Assembly (NCBI RefSeq): GCF_009914755.1
Contig: NC_060933.1
DNA: 64,000 nucleotides
From: the human T2T-CHM13v2.0 reference genome, Homo sapiens
Reading direction: 5' to 3' (one strand)
The notes under the pieces: generated by a model
Seen by the model: only the letters and a program-made list of their open reading frames with translations
What the model was told of the DNA's origin: nothing
The model's database searches: none
Part shown: positions 12,966 through 25,625 of the stretch, in pieces
How positions within the stretch are numbered: the stretch's first letter is position 1
Layout: every line of letters begins with the position of its first letter
Made by a program: the position numbers and the translations under genes

Positions 12966-15900
12966 AGATGAAATTTTGATAGGAAAGGACAAGATCAAAA
13001 GGATAAATTGTAGAGTTCTAACAAGTTGAGAATTTATATTGTAAGCAATGGAAAAATCACTGAAAGTTATTGAACATAGGAACAGAATCATGAACACAGG
13101 ACTTAGGAATGGTGGGTTGGAAAAAGGTGAGAAAAGAGAGAGGGAAACCAGCTAGGGAGACTGTAAATACAGTGTTCAGATGTGCAGTCCTGGCATATAG
13201 GTCCTCACTGAAAGTAGTGGAGGAACATGACCAGGACCTGGAAACATTTAGTTGGGAGGCAAATGTGAAAAGGACTCAAAGAATCCCAGGATTTGGGCTT
13301 GTTGTTGGGGGAAAACAGCAATCTTACCAACATAATAGATTTAAGGAAAAAGACAGTGGGCTTGTGGAAAATGTGTAGACAATCACATGGCTATAGTGAG
13401 ATTCCTGAAAACAGACAGCCAATAATTAATAGAAATGTCATGAACCTAGTCCAGAGTTGAGTGTCCTACCAGCAAAATATATTTTCTTGGATAGGTGATT
13501 TTTCAAGTTACATTCTGGGACGTTTCAGGAGCTGGAACCTTAAGTATTATACTATAACTGGGTTGCTCTTCAGGTGTTATCGATAATTTTTACTGTTCAT
13601 TTTATTCAGTGTTCAAGAGAGCATCCCATGCAACCATGCAACTGTCTCTTCAAAGCAGAATAAAGCTTCACATTCATTTTGGGGAGCCTCCTAGGACCCT
13701 TTGGGCCATAATATCTGATTTGTGGGAATCCCTGCTCTAGATTGGACTGCTTTTCTGGAAACAACAGCAAATTCAGAAGTGAATTCCCCTAATCCTCTCA
13801 CCCCTGCTCCATCTACCCATACCTACAGCTCCAAAGTCTACCTAAAGACTAATAAAATAAATTCCAAGGCTTTCTAGTAAGGGATCTCAGACCTTGACTA
13901 ATGAGGCTTCCATAACTTGAATTTTATTGATCCAGAATCCCTCCATCATGATTTGAGCTCATTCCCCCTTTACAAGGCTTCAATAAGATATCTGATGCCA
14001 ATCCATCTCTTAATGAGGAATCAACCCTAAAGTCCCCTCAAGTCATGCTATGTTCCAGGGAAGGTCTGACCTACTCTCTTTATTCATGTCTTCATCAGTG
14101 GCCAACATTTCAGAGCACTTCCTGTGTGTTAGAGTCTCTGCCAGAAATTGGGCAGATTCAAGGAGAATCAGATGCAGTTCCTGTTCCAGCACTTTACATT
14201 CTAATATGGAAGCTATGCAGTAAAATAACTATGGGAACAGACAGACAGTGCTCAGAGGTGTAACAGAGAAGTATATATAAAGTGCTAAAGAATTTAAAAA
14301 GGAAAAGTTTACTTTCATATGGGGGAAAAGGAAGTTCATGAGAGAGTTTGTGGACAAAATGGCACTTCAGCTAGGCATGGAAAGATAAGAAGGTGAATGT
14401 GTGGATTTGGAGAGGGGCAAAAATGGACAACTCCTTGGGCCAAAAGACAAAGAAGACCAGACTAGAGTGTCTGAGGGAGTATATGAGGGAAAAACAGAGC
14501 CAATGAAAGGTGGCATATTCATGAGATCTGCATACTCACAGCAGAGACACAGAAAGCGAGAGAGAGAAGAAACTGTTTCTAGTCATACTCAGCATAGATT
14601 CTGCCCTAGCCCACAAGCATTTTTCTGTCTATCAACAGTCAACTGGACCTGGATTCAGGAGGAAGATACTTATAGGTTTTAATCTTAGACCTAGAAGAGG
14701 AAGTTGCTACCAAATAAAGGATGGGTGGGGGGGAGGGGGGAGGGGGGAAGTTAACATAAGGGAGCAAGAGGGGAAGAGGTTTGCTTATATATTAAGAGCA
14801 ACACCATGGCAGAGCCCTTATGGTTTTATTTATGTAGCTACATCAAGAGAGTGTTTAGATGAAACATTGTCTTCTAGAATGAAATCTTTCTTAGATCTTA
14901 TGCTAGGTAGCCACACATAGGGGGAATGTCAGTACAGTCAATCAGACAGGAAAACAAGCAACCCTCCTTAAAAAGCGAATATCAAAAAATAGTCATTTCT
15001 CCCCACTCTTGCTAAACTGAGTACTGTGCCTGTAAATTTCACCCAATAGCATCCCCAAAAAGAGAAAAAACACAGAACAATGAAATTAGGGAAGAGTCTG
15101 GAAACCAGATTAAAGACTCACAGAGGATAAAAAGTCCCCAAAATAAATGTGTCGGAAAACCCATTTTGCTAATCACTCCAAGATCTGAGCCTCACTTGAA
15201 GTACTAGAGATGGGTGAACTCTCCTTATGTCATTTTCAAGAGGGTACACCTAACAAATACAAGCTTCCCTGGGAGAATCACAACTGTGCAATGGCAGTTT
15301 TTGTTTGGTTGGTTAAACTGCCTTTTTCGTATTTCTTTATTTGCAGAAGGAGCTTCTTTTTGGCAAGATACCGGATCCTTTCTTCACCTCTTGCAACTCC
15401 GTAAGCACAAAAGGGAAAGAAAACACTTGGAGTCAGAATTAAGAATAAACAGCTAATATCTTGAACTTGGGTAAATTTGGTGAATATCTAAAATGCAGCA
15501 TGACTTAATAAGAAATATGGATCAAGAGGTCTCACAAAAATAAGTCACCTTCAGTAAAATAGACTTGGCTGCTAAAAAAACAGAGTTATATTTCCACTCA
15601 GCAACCAGACCATTTCTGACAAAATGATTCTACCTGGGAAATATTGGTGATCCCTGTTGAAATCAACACAGCTAAATAGGAGTGGTCCAAGTTACCCTTC
15701 CCTAGAGGCTGCAAGGCAGTTGTGAGCCCATAGTACTTTTTTCTGGCCTCTGTCCCACTAATTTAACTTCTCTAATGAAGAAGGGTAGACAACAAAACAG
15801 ATAACATGTTTGGAAGAAAGCATTGAATAAGGCTATGCAAGACCATACAAGTTTACATACATTGACATCTACCTTTCTGTAAGGAAATGGAGATGGAAAA

Positions 15901-16084
15901 TAGGCCCCTTTTATGATATGAACTGGCTGAAGTGAAAAAAAAAAAAGAAAAGAAACCAAATAAAGGTGACCAGCAAAGGATCACAACATGTATTTTCGTT
16001 TGAAAGTACTAGAAAAGAAAGGTGTAATCACTAAGAACAAATATAAGTTCCATAAAGGTTCAGAAGACATGTTTAAAATGTTAG

Positions 16085-16142
16085 CACATACATACACACC
16101 TTATACACATGCACACACACACACACACACATACACATACAC
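16085..16142. repeat. (CA)n-type microsatellite; others at ~10311-10335, ~12248-12296 and ~50046-50082
   Basis: Read directly from the sequence. Confidence 0.9.
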
Positions 16143-17471
16143 TCATGACAACTTGCCATTTTGAACGCCTGTGACGACATGTCCACCCTGACTTTTTCCC
16201 TAGTAAATGGGCCTCTGTAACCAGGAAAACCACGTAATTAGGTGGAGAAGAGGGAGTCTCAGAAAAAAAAGAAAAAGCATGCCTTGCTTCTTTAAACCTT
16301 TTATTGATGGACAATTGTTATTCCCTCTTACTTTCTGTACCTAGTGTGACTCCAGCGAACCTTGCATTGGCAGTGGCTCATGGCCACCTTTTTGGCTGCG
16401 TGAAGCCAATCTACGGCTGCATGTACTCCTTGCTTTTCATTTCGAACAACAAAAGGAAGTATTGTATTTCAAGTCATTTGGAATGACAACCCTTCAGTTC
16501 TGAAGAAACTATAAAACTCACTCACATAAAGAAATTTGCTGGCTTTTCCTAAACTGGGAAGTATAGATCCACAAACTACTTCATCAGCAAAGCACAGCAC
16601 CATCCTGGTACCCTTTTTTCAGCTACACTCTGGATACCAGTCCTGTGTTTGTGCTACAATAAGAAGGGAAGATGGAGTCTTCGAGAAGGCTTACGCTTCT
16701 ATTGAGACCTTGCTGATACTTTACCTTTCCTTCATATAGCGTTTCTTAAATGTCTGATTGAAAGTACTGCATCTTCTTTGGTTTATTTATTTTAGAAATA
16801 TTTTTGATCTTGCAAAGCTCAAAGAACAAAAGTCAACCTAACAGGTCCAAGGCAGAATAAACTGGTCAAATATTTTAATATAAAAGCTGCAACTTAATCC
16901 TTTAATAGCCAGGAAGGAGTTAGAAGATGGCAATCATACTTTTGAATGGAGTTCCCTCTATGGAGCACGAACATGTGTAAGTTCACTAACAACAAGACAG
17001 AAGAAATCTCATAGACTTTTCTGATACAGGAGAATGCCACAGATGTAAAGTATCCTCACTCAGTATTATATATGGCCAAGTGTCGTGTAATATATTTATG
17101 TACCAGAAGGAGAAATACAGATTGGATGATTATGTAGTTGCCCAATAAGTCTTCTTTAAAGTACCAAGGTCAACAAGAAGGAGATCTCCATTGATGTAAA
17201 AGATTGTTTAGCTTCAAATCCAAATAGCTCTCTCAGGCCTTACAAACGTAGTGTTAAGATGGAAGGACAGGGACCTATGTTTACGGAATCATTACGTCTT
17301 ATCTTTCAAGGTTACTACAGTAGTTATACATTTTCTGTGCTTTGACCTAGCCGTGATTTTCCCCTGGGAATTTCTGAGTACTCTCCCACTGTCTTCTTCA
17401 AGGTCCTACCTACTGGAATCCATGTTGTTTTTACAATTAGCATGTTGACGCTGCCTTTCAACCTTCAGTTA

Positions 17472-17765
<294 letters not shown>

Positions 17766-18063
17766 TACATGTATGTATATGTACATACACACACACACAC
17801 ATAAACACACAAAAATATATATACACACACACATTTATATATATATACACACACATTTATATATGTGTGTATATATATGTGTGTATATATATATACACAC
17901 ACACATATTACAATTAGCATATGTAAAATTATAGAATGTGTCTTGCCATTAAAAATATCAAGTACAATTTGCCCTTAATTTCTTCAAAAAAGAAAGAATT
18001 ATGACCAGATGGAATAGAACATAAATACATATATACATATATGTGTGTGTGTTTGTATGTATG

Positions 18064-18095
<32 letters not shown>

Positions 18096-18130
18096 TATAT
18101 ATATATACACACATACATACATACACACAT
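17766..18130. repeat. Compound (TA)n/(CA)n/(TG)n microsatellite split by a ~120-bp insert at 17908-18027
   Basis: Read directly from the sequence. Confidence 0.9.
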
Positions 18131-19478
18131 TTCTTCCTGGTCTTTATGAGAGATTCTCAGTAACATTAATTTGAATCACTTTTGTAAGTTAAAAAGGTAA
18201 AGGCCATGCATCAGCAATTTTACAGTTCTACACAAAAACCACATCCAAATGTCTTGTGCTAGAAATTCACTAGAAATCATCACAATCTGAGGGAAATAAT
18301 TAGTTTCTAGAAGTGTATGAAGACAATAAAGAAAAGCATTTGAAGTAGATGTTACCAATAATGTTAGCCCTGGGAAAAAATAAAACATTAATTGGACAAA
18401 GTTTAATGAGCTTCAAGCACATTTTTCTCCTTCACTTCACAGCTCTACCCCTTAAGATGAAGATATTTTTTCTGTTTGACACTGTTGAGGTCACTACTTT
18501 CATCAAACAACAATGTACTGTGCTGTACACTAACGTGGATGATTTTCTCTGTCCTTCCTTCTTTAAGGCTTCCTATAAACAGGGTTAAACAAAGAAATAC
18601 TCTCTTTCTTAGAACTGAAAACATATAAAAGTAAAATTAATAATTGCATTTTAAATTGTTAATAAAAATGTTACATGGAATATATAAAATAATATAAATG
18701 ACACTATGCAAAAAATATTGTATATTTGCAAATGAAAGTAACTTCACAATTTGGAAAGAATATTTTATTTATGTAGTTCCATTTTCTTAAAAAACTGCTT
18801 TTTCTTAAAGAAAAGTATTTCTGTAATTTCAAAATATATATATCTTAGGTCTAGAGTCAAAGTATTATAAATATTCTCTCACAAATCTAAATTATAATTC
18901 TTAACAATCCACAAAGAGCTTCCAAAATACTTGAATTATTATAGATTATAAAATTCTAGAATGTGTCTTGCCATTAAAAATATCAAGTACAATTTGCCCT
19001 TAATTTCTTCAAAAAAGAAAGAATTATGACCAGATGGAATGGAATATAAATATGCAAAATGCTAACCTATTTATAATATATGACCAGTAAGAAAGATGGG
19101 AAAGGGGAACTGAGAACATGTTGCCAAAAAGAAAAGTGACTAAAGGGAGATTTTGATAATTGTTACTAAGTTTCTGAACTTGATAGTTTTTATTAAGTTT
19201 CTAAACATTGAGAAGAAGTTATGAAAGCACAATTTAATGAATCTGTAGAACACCTAAGAATGAAAAGATGAGAGGGAGGTAAGCAAATATCCACTTTCTT
19301 CTTAGAGTGCTCTTACTTTCATAGCTTCATGTTTTAAAACAGTAAAATATTTTACATAAACATTATTAGAAGCATGAGACTTAAAAGTCCTGAACATAGA
19401 AACCAATGAAAATTTCTCTAAGCTTGAATTCTGTTTCTACTGTCTTTTCTCATCTTCATATCTAAGACTCTATGACGT

Positions 19479-19799
<321 letters not shown>

Positions 19800-20654
19800 C
19801 TATGACGTATGGAGACCAGTTCATTGAAAAAATGAAGGTGAAAATAGTTGAGATTATTACATCTTTAGCCTCCAATCATATTTGTTTTAGGCAGGTATTA
19901 TTTCATCTTGCCTAGTTCTGTGAAATGCTCTCATAAAAGTCCCCGACTCTCACCGTTTCTATCATAAATGTCCCTAATTCCCACCATGCTCTCAGACATA
20001 TGGAAGAGCTCCTTTCTTGAATTTGTGACTCATATAGTTGTAACTTCACTTGCAGCATCAGTTTCAGTTTAAGTTCCCTTTATTGTCTCCTCTGAGGATA
20101 TGGAAAGTTAGAAGCTGTCCAACAATTTCAGGCCAAAGAAATAGTATTGAACGGAATGATCAGTATTAGCATGGGTAGAAATGGAAATTACCATATAAAT
20201 TATTTATCTGCATGGTTGAATTTGTTTGCACTTAACAAGTCAACTATGGGCAAGACACACTGCAGAATGATTCCAAGAATTAAAAACAGGCATTTATCTA
20301 TTTGTCTGTTTTATTCTTGCCTCATTTCACAATGTAAACACAAAGAAATGCTTATAATAAAACTGAAAAATATAAGTCGAAAATAAAACAACAGGACAAA
20401 GTAAAATATAAATTAGAATGAGAAGTACAGGCCAGGAAGAAAATAAGCACAAATAGGCAACTCCAATGCCCTCTCACAGTTGTGGAATACAGAGTTCAAT
20501 CTGATCTTCCAGAATGCCACAGCAAAAGGAAAGCACTTTGTTATTATTCATGATGCTGAAATGCTGTTATCCATCTGGGGAAGGAAAACTTCATTACTTA
20601 CCTCTAATATAAATATCTCAAAATGGGATTGGGTAATGTGGTATAATGCCCTTA

Positions 20655-21102
20655 ACCATGGTACTGGTTATTTTCCATTTGTTTCTCCACCTTGACTTTA
20701 CTCTCCGCCTTTCTCTCCGTTCTGTGCCATAGGAGGCTTATCCTGCAGACCAGCTTTCCCAGGCTCCCTTGCTGGTTGGCTTCAGGTTGGGTTTGGCTGG
20801 AGACTAAAAGTCAGGACATGAGGGAGGCTGGAGAATTACTTCCTTGCTTCATCTTTGCTTTGGGCCCCACTTCTGTTACAGGCTACATTCCTTCAGGACC
20901 ACAGCTATGTGGGGTGGCACTTCCCACGACTCCAATAGCCCTTCAGCTTTAAACTGTAATCCCTTACCACTTTGCTAAACTCTAGCTGCCTCTACATTTT
21001 TTCTTGATTCTCTTAACTCTGTTCACACCTGCCATCATTAAAGACTCTTTTTTTGAATAAATGGTGTGAATTTGTTTTCTTTCCAGGACTCCGATTGATA
21101 CA
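20655..21102 (+). mobile_element. Old ERVL solo LTR (LTR33-like)
   Basis: tctgtgccataggaggct...ggctcccttgctggttggcttcaggttgggtttggc; attaaa near the end; terminus gattgataca. Confidence 0.55.
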
Positions 21103-21253
21103 CATGAGTTCCCATAGCAAAGTATATTTTAAAAGCCTGCTTCTCAAAAGAAATGAAGGAACATAACAATAGCCTTCACAGGTATCTCAATGAAAATACC
21201 TCCAAAAGAGCCAAGAAAATATTTTCCAAGTATACAAAAACTGGCCATCTAGG

Positions 21254-21456
21254 GCAGCACTATTCAATAGAACTTTCTAAGATAATGGATATCTGTGTTG
21301 CCCAATATATTAGCCATAAATAATGTGTGGCTATTAAGCTCCTGAAACATGGTAGTGGGATTAAGAAACTAAATTTTTAATTTTATTTAATTAAGATTAA
21401 TTTACATTTACATTTAAGTAGCCACATGTGAGTGGCTACCCTACTGCACAATGCAG
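21254..21456. mobile_element. MER3 (hAT-Charlie)
   Basis: cagcactattcaatagaactttct...tagccacatgtgagtggctacc. Confidence 0.8.
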
Positions 21457-21514
21457 GTCTATATTAATCCAAGGATAAAAATCCAGAGACTATCTGAATA
21501 CATAGTATAAAAAT

Positions 21515-21800
21515 TTTAAGTGAAACAACTCAGATACAGAAATACAGATACCGCATGTTCTCTCTTATAAGTGGTAGCTAAACAATGTGTACACATGGAC
21601 ATAGAGTGTGAAATGAGACTATGAGACTAGGAAGGGTCAGGGGGTCAGAGAGGGAGTTGGATGATGAGAAATTACTTAATGGGTACAATATACATTATTC
21701 AGGTGATGGGTATTTTTAAAGTCCTGACTTTATTATGCATTCTATCCAGATAACAAAATCACACTTGTACCCCATAAATTTATAAAAATAAAAAAAAACA
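21515..21800 (+). mobile_element. L1PB-type 3' end
   Basis: Same 3'UTR type as 3488-3980 (gatgagaaattacttaatgggtacaat...cacttgtacccc) plus poly(A). Confidence 0.85.
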
Positions 21801-21993
21801 AGTGAAAGAGTGTATAGTCTACTAGAGGGTTAAGAAAAGGCACTACCCAAAATAATACAGGGAAAATTAAGGTAAGTACAATGTAAAGGATTCAAATCTG
21901 AAAGAGGGAAAGTGCATGCCAAATCACAAGTATCAAGAAAATCTTTGCAGAGGATTTTTATTTTGAGGTGAGACTGGAAGATCAAATAGATTT

Positions 21994-22634
21994 TGTATTA
22001 GTTTTCTATTTCTATTAACAAATTACCGTCCACTTAGTGACTTAAAAGCACATACAATTATTATTTAAAAGCACATATATTTATTATTTGTTTTCTTAAA
22101 ATTCTATATGTTGGAAGTCCAACATGAGCCTCACTGGGCTAAAATCAAAGTGCCAGTAGGACTGTATTTCTTTCTGAAGGCTCTAGGGGAAATATCCATT
22201 TCCTCACCTTTTCCAGTTTCTAGAGGCCATCCACATTTCTTGGCTTATAACCCCCTTCCTCCAACTTTATTTATTTACTTTTTTAAATTATACTTTAAGT
22301 TCTAGGGCACTTGTGCACAACGTGCAGGTTTTTTACATAGGTATACATGTGCCATGTTGGTGTGCCCTCCAACTTTAATGTCAGCAGCCTTCCATCTGTT
22401 TGTGCCTTTCCTCCCCAGACACATGTCCCTCTGATCACATCCAGGAAAGGTTCTCTGCTTTTAAAAACCCATGTGATTAGATTTGCCCCACCAGATAATT
22501 TTTAAAAATCTTTCCATCTCAAGATCTCTAACCTAATCATACCTGCAAAGTTCCTTTTGCCATGTAAGGTGACATGTGAAGGTTTCAGGGGTTAGGATGT
22601 AGACATCTCTGGAGATCATTATTCTGCCTACCAA
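21994..22634 (-). mobile_element. MLT1-type MaLR solo LTR interrupted by a short L1PA insertion
   Basis: tgtattagttttctatt...gggctaaaatcaaagtgccag...cctgcaaagttccttttgccatgtaaggtgaca...attattctgcctacca. Confidence 0.83.
22270..22365 (-). mobile_element. Severely 5'-truncated L1PA (~96 bp)
   Basis: ttatactttaagttctaggg...gtgcacaacgtgcaggtt; TSD cctccaacttta at 22258-22269 and 22366-22377. Confidence 0.9.
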
Positions 22635-22719
22635 AGAGTTTCAACAGCAAGAGGTAGGAAATGAAAAGGAAGGAATTGTAGGAGCAGGTGCAGGCCAAGA
22701 GCAAGGCAAACTAGAAACT

Positions 22720-23400
22720 GTTAACTATTAATAGCTCACCTGATTAGCCAGTGCCTTCTACTCCCTCTATAAGACATACTATGATGCGTGCTGGATACTC
22801 AGGGCTGGTAGGCTACTCTAGGATACCTGTTCACACTCACTTCTGCCAGATGAATTGTATGCTTACCAAAAGCCAGCTGTGTTTCTTGCTAAACCTATTT
22901 AGGCTAGTTTTTTGTTTGTTTGTTTCTGTAACACGTAATTAAATTAAATAGTCTAAAAACCAGTAGGACTAAGAAAAAAAATTAATGTTTTCATGCAAAT
23001 TAAATTGAATGGTTTAGAAGGAATCATTAAATGTAAGGTACAAAAAATTTTTGCTGACAATTTAGATGTGGACAAGACAACTACAATGATTTTGGAGAAA
23101 ATAGTAGAAATCTAAAAGGCTCTATAATCAGATTGTCTCTCAAATATGTTTCATGTATACTATGCATTATGGGTTAGGTTGATGCAAGAAGTGTTATGAA
23201 GAACTTCAATCAGATGATCCATGTTTTAAAAATCACCTTTATCCCCTCCGCATGTGAATGTGCGTCATATGTTTTCAGTTAAGGAATGTTTAAAGTGTAT
23301 ATACATATCATTTCTACACATTTTAATAATTTCCTTCTTTCAATGACTTTTTTCAATAACTGGATCAACAAAAATGTCACAGAAGAGGGCTTCTGTTGTA
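22720..23400 (+). mobile_element. Ancient Tigger (Tigger14/15-like) transposase remnant
   Basis: ~22970-23090 translates as KKINVFMQIKLNGLEGIIKCKVQKIFADNLDVDKTT, resembling the pogo/CENP-B N-terminal HTH; ends gagggcttctgttg followed by TA. Confidence 0.5.
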
Positions 23401-23756
23401 TTTAAAAAGCAGAGATAATGCAATCACAGAAGTGGGAGAGTGGAAGAAGAATACACGTCAATATACGTTAAGTCGACATGGAGGAGGACCTCAAGTGTCA
23501 CAGTGAGGAAGTTGAATGTTGCAATAGGCAATAAGGAAACAGTAAAGGTTGCTGTTTTTGTTATTTGATAGGAAAGGTTTTGAGCATATCAATTGGCATG
23601 CTTAGCAACTAAAGTATTAAAAAGCATGTTTTACAAAATAATATGGCAGATAGCAGGCTTACTGCTTGTATTTTCCATAGCCCAAGTCATTTCTCCCCAT
23701 AGCAGAGGCTGCTGGGCTGCCCTCCACAAACTCCACCTTATCCCTTTGGCTCTAGG

Positions 23757-24082
23757 CCCAAACTGGAATATGGTAGCCACTGGCCACATGTGGCTATTGA
23801 GCACTTAATGTGGCTAGTCCAAATTGAGATGTGCTACAAGTGTAAAACTCAGATTTAAAACACTTAGTCTGAGAAAAAGAATGTAAAATACCCCATCAAT
23901 AAGATTTTATTAATTATGTGTTGAAATGATAATGTTTGGTATATATTGGATTAAATAAAATGTATTAAAAATAATTTCACTTGTTCCAAACTTTTTTAAA
24001 TGCAGTTACTAGAAAATCTAAAACTATATATGCAGTGGACATCTGTGGCTCACATTATACTTTTCTTCCGGACAGCAGTGCT
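23757..24082 (-). mobile_element. MER33 (hAT-Charlie)
   Basis: aatatggtagccactggccacatgtggctattgagcactt...; antisense of the element at 9334-9636. Confidence 0.85.
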
Positions 24083-25424
24083 GTAGTCTAGATCAATCCT
24101 AACATGAGACCGGAGGGTTAAACCACCCCATTTACCAGCCCTATCCTTTGGGACTCACATTCCTCTGACTGGCTGTCTGATCTTAAACAGGGTATTTGTC
24201 ACATTTTTCTTTCATCATCTTGGGACATGGTCTGATTTCTTGGTTTTCGCCCTATAATGTTTAAGGCTCAACTTGCTAGCTCCATTAATTTGCCTTCCCT
24301 TGAAGTTTCCAGCCTTCCCCAAACCATGCTTTCATGATATCGACTGTTTTCTTCTAGAGAAACAGAGACTGCCAGGAGGATGAAGACCAAGAATAGGATA
24401 TCAAATTTGGTGATTATGGAATCATCACTGACCTTCACGAGAATGACGATATCAACCAATTGAGTGGACAGCTGAACAGTTGTCAGAATTGAAACATCAA
24501 TGATCTCATGGAGAAAGACCAGAGGAACACAACAGCACCTAATCAAATGGTAGAATAATGACGACAAAAGCCCATGCACATCCCTGAGCCAGTCCTCATC
24601 CACTGCTTTAACTAAAACTTCAAGGATGAAGGGCCTCCTCCCCGTCATTTATTATTCCAAAGTGTAGTGTTACCAAGTATACACTTAAAAGAAGCAGCAC
24701 ACAACTGAACAGTTAAGGATGACAGTGAGTTTAAAAAGAAAAAAAGAAATAATGTTGCAGCATTGGGACTGTATACAGAAGAGAAAAAGATGTCCTTGCA
24801 AATTGCCTCGCCCCCATACAAAGCTGAGTATGCCCTGATTTATTGCCCATCCAAGGAACTGGCCAGATTTTTTTCTAAAACCCTGGAGGGCAATCTTTGT
24901 ATTCATGTTGCCTATGGACATGGCCTGGGAGACAAGCATTCTGAATCTATTTTAGAGGCAGTTCTAATTCTCTTGGGCTGCTGCGTAATCTCAACCGAAA
25001 AAGTGTTAGTACATATAGGCATATGCATATCTGAGTTTATGTCCATAACTATCTTATGTGTGTACATGTGTTTATGTGTGTGGGTATATTAATATATATC
25101 ATTCAATAGATACTTAAAAATATTGCACAAAAAAAATCAAAATGGACAATTCACTGTCAAAGTAATGCCAATAAGGTCAAGTAGACAAATGTGTTTTGTT
25201 TTTCTTTTTTGTTATTTAAGTTCCTACATTGAACTGTATAATTTCTAGTGGTGGGTATTACTGCTTATATTCTTATCCCAAGGTACATCACTATACCTTG
25301 TAAAAAAAAAAGTTTTCTTCTGTTCTTCCACCTTGAAAGTAGTCAAGGGTTTTGCTGTTATCATGTGGAACAATTTAAATAGCATTGCTGGTTCTCAAAG
25401 CAATCTTCCTAGTGACCACATTCA

Positions 25425-25625
25425 AGGCAGTGTGGCATGGTAAAAAAGGGTCCTAACAGTGAGTCAAATAATGTGATTTTAAGCCAGAACTCTACTAACT
25501 GTAAATTTAGGCAAGACCTGTCACACCCCTGAGCCTATTTCCTTACCTGTAAAATAGGGTTAATAACCCTTGACCTGTTTTTCTCACAAGAGTTTAGAAA
25601 GGGTATCTGAGAATGGGCTTTATAA
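25425..25625 (+). mobile_element. MIR SINE (further + strand MIRs at ~26195-26400, ~46280-46505 and ~62400-62620)
   Basis: ggcaagacctgtcacacccctgagcctatttccttacctgtaaaataggg (MIR core). Confidence 0.7.

Noticed and set aside
15279-15959. Minus-strand fragments resembling GPCR TM6/TM7 (YLFCCLPFFI, PLDPYFLL) and a 69-codon open frame (IFTKFTQ...AIAQL)
   Set aside because: The motifs are ~85 codons apart and separated by stops, there is no DRY-like or TM1-5 region, and open frames of this length arise by chance.
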